The notes beneath the pieces were generated by a model. It saw only the letters and a program-made list of their open reading frames with translations. It did no database searches and had not been told where the DNA came from. DNA of 63,907 nt, the filler included, from Candidatus Woesearchaeota archaeon (GTDB lineage Archaea; Nanobdellota; Nanobdellia; Woesearchaeales; DATGWN01), in assembly GCA_047603125.1 (NCBI GenBank). It is 6 parts of 6 records of this genome, joined end to end, with 100 filler letters (N's around TTAATTAATTAA, not from the genome) between each part and the next. Parts side by side here need not be neighbours in the genome. Positions count along the whole stretch, not along the records: positions 55,543 to 63,907 come from JBLKOU010000047.1; 5 more parts are not named here. One strand, written 5' to 3'. Below are positions 59,076 through 63,907 of the stretch, one piece after another. The position numbers and the translations under genes were made by a program. Every line of letters begins with the position of its first letter. The stretch's first letter is position 1.

Positions 59076-62000
59076 ACCGGAATTCTCACTCGAACAGATT
59101 CACCATCTTGTATCGCAACTCGCTCAACTATGACAAGCGTAGAACCGCTAGGGCAAGTAATTCGTTGATCTGCGTCGTCAGTTCCAATAAAACTCGCTGT
59201 CGGATCACCCGTACAACTGAGCACTGAATGAGTGTCATTAATAGGAACATATATGCCTCGTTGCATACCGTCTAATTGTTGTGCCACAGTTTCATTATAG
59301 AAAGAACATCCATTCAAGCCATGACAAGCAGCAACACAAGTATTTCCCGAAGTGAGTGTACAATCCGCTTCACATTGTCCCGTTAAAAGTGTCATATTTA
59401 CTTGTAAATTTTCATTATAAAAAAGAACATGTGTTGGTGTTCGTCTTGTGTCATACCCTGGTTTAGCTGCGAGTATACGATAGTGAGTTGCAGGAATATC
59501 GGCAAATTGATAATATCCATCTTGATTAGTTGTTGTATTTTTAAATCGCTGTAGTTGATTTCTCGTCCCTATAATGTCAAGCTCTACTCTTGCCCCTTCA
59601 ATCGGTTCAGCTTGCTGATTTAAGATGTACCCATCAATTACGGCATAGCATTGTTCATTAAACGCACTCACATCTTGATGAACTGAATAATATCGTTCTC
59701 CATCATTATACTGCCAAATATTCAAATCTAATTGTCGACCATCATCTGTTCTATTCACAAAATATTGATATGCAATACACATATTGTCCACAGATTGACT
59801 TCTGTCACCACCCGGACCTGGAGCGCAATTTTCTACCGTATAGTATGTATGAAATTGTTCATACCCACCATCACTTGGATAAAAGCCCCAGTCTTGTTCC
59901 ACACCCCCAATCATTGGTTTTGAACAATACATTTGAGAAGAAGGTGAAAACCATGAATCAGAATATTCTATGCCATCCATTAGATAGCTAGGAGCGCTTT
60001 CTGCACACATTACTCGAGAATCCTCAGTACATTCTAAAGATGGAGGGTCCGCGTCAGGTAACCCCCAAACGCCTGGTGAAGCCGTTTCACAAGCCAAGTC
60101 AGAATAATCCTCTAATTTTGCAAAAAACGGTATTTTTTTCTCATCACCAATTTGCTGTGTTTGAAAACCAAGCCCCACATTAGTAATAGTTGGTGAAGAA
60201 TCTTTTGTGCTAAAAAAACCATCCCACCTATTTGATTCAGAAGTGTACTCAAGATTATTAAATTGCAACCTTGAGCCTTTCTTTAAAGTAAGAGGTTCTC
60301 CCTGAGAAACATCTGATTTAGCATATTCAATATTTAAAACTAAATCCTCTTCAAGGGGTACCCAACCTTCCCATTGTGCATTTTGTACATGTTCAAAGGC
60401 GATTGCTTGGACATTTCGAACAAAATCAACTTCGTACTCATCAGTAAAACACGTACCACCAAATGAGCACATATCTAGATTTGTTGGTCTAAAACAATAA
60501 TCTTGCGCGTCAGGATTACAAGCATAATAGGCAATTTGTGCATCTTCTGAAGATGTATTATATGAGATAAACAATCCTGGATACTCCAAAATAGTTTCTA
60601 AAAGATAAGCCAACGATGAAGAGAGTTGTATCAGCTCCTCCGGATCACTAACGCCTAATCTAGCTTTCAGATCCTCCGTTGCTTGGTCTAGATATGGACG
60701 TAAGGTAGTATTTGGATCAAAGTAGGGAATGTCCGAAATTAGTGAGAAATCAGGTTCTTGATCAACACAATCTTTTCCATCAAAATAAAATCCATCTTGA
60801 CAATCAAATGTACAAGGTTCAGTAGTATCAGAACCATGTCTCCAAGAAGTGAATTGCCAACCATCATGATAAAGCCAGCTATCTTCTTGATAGTCAGCAT
60901 TCTGAGGAGGTTGTCCGTGGCAGAGATTTTTTATGTATAAATCACCTTCTTCTAAAAAAGATGAGCGCAAGCAAAAATTTTGTTTTCCAATATCCGTAGG
61001 ATCCAAATCCTTAAGAACAGGATGGAAATTTTCATCTATTTGTAAATAATCATCATCTCCCTCTATAACAGTTGCAGAGTCAAAAAAAACAAGCGTACTA
61101 TTGCCGACTAAAACCAAATCAGACGCACAAAAATTATCTGAAGAAGTAGGTATACAATCATTATTGAATACATAATCACCTCGATTACATTGAAACTGAC
61201 AAGCCTGCGTGGGCTGAGCTGTTGTTCTTGTCCAAGATGTATACTGGGCGTCTTCATTGACAAAACCTTCATCAGCAGTCACTCGCGAAGGAAGCTCGCC
61301 ATAACAAGGTCTTTGTTTGCCAAAGCTCTTATGTAATGGAAATAAAAGTACTTCAGGATTTCGTGCGTCTTGAAAGACAGTTTCATACTCTAATTCTAAT
61401 AAGTTTAAATCGTCAGGCGATATTGTTTGAAACTGAGCCATTTGACTTTGCGCGTACTCCCTTAAAACTGAACTTAAAACAAAAACAGTATCATCGTCAC
61501 TAATATATTGTGATCGAAAGAGATTCGCCAGTAACCACTGTTCTTGATCTATTTCTTGGCACAAGCGCGAGTATGTCTGTTCAACAGTTACATCGATCAC
61601 CTCAATAGTATCTGTTTGACCACAAAACGAACCCGAAACAGAAACAACTCCCCATTCTACTGTCGGATAAACCCGTGAGCGCAAATGTAAGTCATAAACT
61701 CCGATTTCACCTGGCCGTTCACCATAAAAAAATGAATAATCCGTCACATCAATTATATTTCCACTCACATTTGCCTCAAGTCTCAAATTAATCGGCATAT
61801 GGGAAGAAACCACTGTATTATCAGCGGATAAATAAACTTCACTTACCTGGTTACAATTTAAATCAAGTATTTGTTCAAAATTTTGCTCTAAAATCAAGAC
61901 CTCTATTTGTTCAGTCTGTGCACACTGGACATGGGGGCTATAAACGTTTGTATCTGAGCAGATGTCTAAATGAATTGTATATTTTTCTTCAGATGCATCA

Positions 62001-63046
62001 TGACTTGATTCCAAAACATGAACAGAATTACATCGGTCAGTTGAAAGCATGCCGCTCATACATTGAGGATCGCTTAGTTCTGGAAAGCGTGCGACTTTAT
62101 GAAATGTATCTCGTAATTCAGAGCTACCGTAATTATACTCTACATCTCTTGTAGAAAGAAAATATGCAGCATTGTCTTCAACACCATCCATAGAACTCCT
62201 TGCAAAACCACACTCTCTATCAGTACAAGTAAATTCAACTTGTAAATCGGCTGTCTGATCTTTAAATAAAACAAATCGGTTGCCAGGAATATTTTGCTGT
62301 TCGAGCAAAGAAACACGACCATCTTGATTTAGATGCCCAAAGGGAATAAACCACCTATAATGGCGTGTTGAATTATCATCAATATAAACCGAACGTGTAA
62401 TAGTTGTACCATTCAGTCCTAAATGATCTTGAGGTGTTGCTCGACACTGGATGGTATTACCAGAATGAACAAAATCAGAACTTAATTCTTGAGATGATTG
62501 TCCCGGAATCTGCGTATATGTTGCCGCCCCTGTTTTATTGAACCAAGAGTAGAGAATAGTAACGTCATGACCATCCGCATCGATGTATTGAGAAACATTA
62601 CAAAACAAGTTATCCTCGCTATTTGGCGTCGGGTCATCCCTATTTAAATAATCTTTTGCATGGAGTTCCATAGTAATAATTTGCGGTTTTCTATTTATAA
62701 TGGTCAAATTATTTGAATAAACTGTTTCACTATTGTAATAATCCGAAATCAAAACACGACAACGATATTGCTTGTAGGACTCACAGCCATATGTTGGACA
62801 ATGGAATGTTTTATTGTGCGAATAACTTTGAAGCACTTGCCAATTGCCCGAACCATCATTCCACCCCTCAAACTGATATCTTTGAGATGTATATGAGACA
62901 AGTTCACTTGAAGAATTAACTGAACAGTGCAATGTATCAAATTTTGTAGGCGCTTCTGGATTCAAATATGCATAATAGTCAATTTGTGCAAACGAAAACA
63001 CAGTAAAAAGAACAGACAGAACCAAAAATATTGTTATCGTTTTCAA
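59066..63046 (-). CDS. Large secreted Cys-rich acidic surface protein
   Basis: Signal peptide, Ig-like segments, C.F.C..G modules, carboxypeptidase-regulatory-like domain (PIEGARV..TNQDGYY..KPGY). Confidence 0.8.
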   Translation of the reverse strand: MKTITIFLVLSVLFTVFSFAQIDYYAYLNPEAPTKFDTLHCSVNSSSELVSYTSQRYQFEGWNDGSGNWQVLQSYSHNKTFHCPTYGCESYKQYRCRVLISDYYNSETVYSNNLTIINRKPQIITMELHAKDYLNRDDPTPNSEDNLFCNVSQYIDADGHDVTILYSWFNKTGAATYTQIPGQSSQELSSDFVHSGNTIQCRATPQDHLGLNGTTITRSVYIDDNSTRHYRWFIPFGHLNQDGRVSLLEQQNIPGNRFVLFKDQTADLQVEFTCTDRECGFARSSMDGVEDNAAYFLSTRDVEYNYGSSELRDTFHKVARFPELSDPQCMSGMLSTDRCNSVHVLESSHDASEEKYTIHLDICSDTNVYSPHVQCAQTEQIEVLILEQNFEQILDLNCNQVSEVYLSADNTVVSSHMPINLRLEANVSGNIIDVTDYSFFYGERPGEIGVYDLHLRSRVYPTVEWGVVSVSGSFCGQTDTIEVIDVTVEQTYSRLCQEIDQEQWLLANLFRSQYISDDDTVFVLSSVLREYAQSQMAQFQTISPDDLNLLELEYETVFQDARNPEVLLFPLHKSFGKQRPCYGELPSRVTADEGFVNEDAQYTSWTRTTAQPTQACQFQCNRGDYVFNNDCIPTSSDNFCASDLVLVGNSTLVFFDSATVIEGDDDYLQIDENFHPVLKDLDPTDIGKQNFCLRSSFLEEGDLYIKNLCHGQPPQNADYQEDSWLYHDGWQFTSWRHGSDTTEPCTFDCQDGFYFDGKDCVDQEPDFSLISDIPYFDPNTTLRPYLDQATEDLKARLGVSDPEELIQLSSSLAYLLETILEYPGLFISYNTSSEDAQIAYYACNPDAQDYCFRPTNLDMCSFGGTCFTDEYEVDFVRNVQAIAFEHVQNAQWEGWVPLEEDLVLNIEYAKSDVSQGEPLTLKKGSRLQFNNLEYTSESNRWDGFFSTKDSSPTITNVGLGFQTQQIGDEKKIPFFAKLEDYSDLACETASPGVWGLPDADPPSLECTEDSRVMCAESAPSYLMDGIEYSDSWFSPSSQMYCSKPMIGGVEQDWGFYPSDGGYEQFHTYYTVENCAPGPGGDRSQSVDNMCIAYQYFVNRTDDGRQLDLNIWQYNDGERYYSVHQDVSAFNEQCYAVIDGYILNQQAEPIEGARVELDIIGTRNQLQRFKNTTTNQDGYYQFADIPATHYRILAAKPGYDTRRTPTHVLFYNENLQVNMTLLTGQCEADCTLTSGNTCVAACHGLNGCSFYNETVAQQLDGMQRGIYVPINDTHSVLSCTGDPTASFIGTDDADQRITCPSGSTLVIVERVAIQDGESVRVRIPVCR

Positions 63047-63870
63047 GATTGCACCTCTACTCCACCCGTATCTAAATTTTTGACAAGAATCTGGATTGGG
63101 CGAGGATCTTCAAAATAAACACAACACACAGAATCAATCAGGTTCGAATCACTCACTCGAGTAAAATACTCACCAAGAACAAGCCAATCTTGCGAATCAG
63201 CCGAGGCAATCTGTGAGCAAGTAATATCACAATCGACTTCTAATGACATAGTTCCTGAATCTTGTATGAGTAACTCTAAATCATCCCTTGCTAAAAAACC
63301 GTCTTCATCTAAATGTGTTTGATTTCTATAAAGAACACTCAAATTACCATCGCTTGTTAATGGAAGCCTTTCTTGGTCTTCGATATTGCGCAATTCTAAA
63401 TTCACAGAAGCATAATCTATCTCGTCATCAACCATTTTAAATCGTACGCCAGTCAATGAATTTTCATAATCAACAAAATAACAAGAACCCCAATCATCCC
63501 AGTCCTCAATCAAACATTCAAACTGTTCAACCTTACAATACTCATATTGACATGTAGCACTACACCCGCCACCATCTGCAGCCGTCCCATCATCACACTC
63601 TTCACCCGCCCAGCGATGAACAATCCCATCCCCGCAACGCGGTGCAGGAATTGTATGATTTTGTAAGCGACCATCGCGCGTACAAGTATAGACTATTAGA
63701 TCAATACCGTTGTATTCAGGCATGTGAGTAGAATTAAATCTCTCATCACCATCAGAATCTATAAAGAATGTTAAACCATCATTATTTCCCTCACCAAAAT
63801 CACAGACTGCGTGAACTACAGAAATTGCTAACAAAATCCCCACCACACCGACAATCACACGCATATGCAT
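63043..63870 (-). CDS. Secreted protein with Myxococcus-type Cys-rich repeat (DUF4215-like)
   Basis: Signal peptide; CGDGIV....EECDDG....GGCSATC. Confidence 0.8.
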   Translation of the reverse strand: MHMRVIVGVVGILLAISVVHAVCDFGEGNNDGLTFFIDSDGDERFNSTHMPEYNGIDLIVYTCTRDGRLQNHTIPAPRCGDGIVHRWAGEECDDGTAADGGGCSATCQYEYCKVEQFECLIEDWDDWGSCYFVDYENSLTGVRFKMVDDEIDYASVNLELRNIEDQERLPLTSDGNLSVLYRNQTHLDEDGFLARDDLELLIQDSGTMSLEVDCDITCSQIASADSQDWLVLGEYFTRVSDSNLIDSVCCVYFEDPRPIQILVKNLDTGGVEVQS

Positions 63871-63907
63871 TTTTTGAGTTTTCTCCTTTTTAATTATTAC
63901 GGTTCTT

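Noticed and set aside
1..63907. Numerous short antisense or nested ORFs in the track
   Set aside because: They are shadows of well-supported genes and lack motifs.

Overview
The window is six unlinked contigs of about 11 kb each from an AT-rich archaeal genome, most likely a DPANN/Woesearchaeota-type MAG. They are joined by artificial 100-nt N44-TTAATTAATTAA-N44 linkers (11271-11370, 22492-22591, 33515-33614, 44502-44601, 55443-55542), so no adjacency across a linker is real. Core content: rpoH-B''-B'-A'-A'', TFB, PCNA, XPD, class II LysRS, Elp3, split Dph2, RNase J, rpoE'-spt4-S24e-S27ae, L1-L10-L12, L30e-NusA-S12-S7, UppS, TrxB and four tRNAs (Asp, Lys, Ser, Asn). Accessory content: a membrane Ser/Thr kinase, PLP decarboxylase, photolyase, SET-domain protein, K+ channel, pilin-like and Cys-rich surface proteins, and IS fragments. 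Most notable observations: (1) a Xer/IntI-like tyrosine recombinase whose upstream region ends in a dif/attI-like TAA-N6-TTA site exactly at a contig break (candidate integron-like system); (2) two structured MITE families with TIRs and TSDs; (3) an FNR-reductase/radical SAM/split Dph2/Elp3 cluster; (4) repeated loss of zinc-ribbon cysteines in RNAP, Spt4, S27ae and a transposase; (5) a four-hairpin noncoding region with four AGGGGT motifs; (6) a 60-bp tandem array in the probable tRNA-Ser leader. All calls are by eye; no database search was run.
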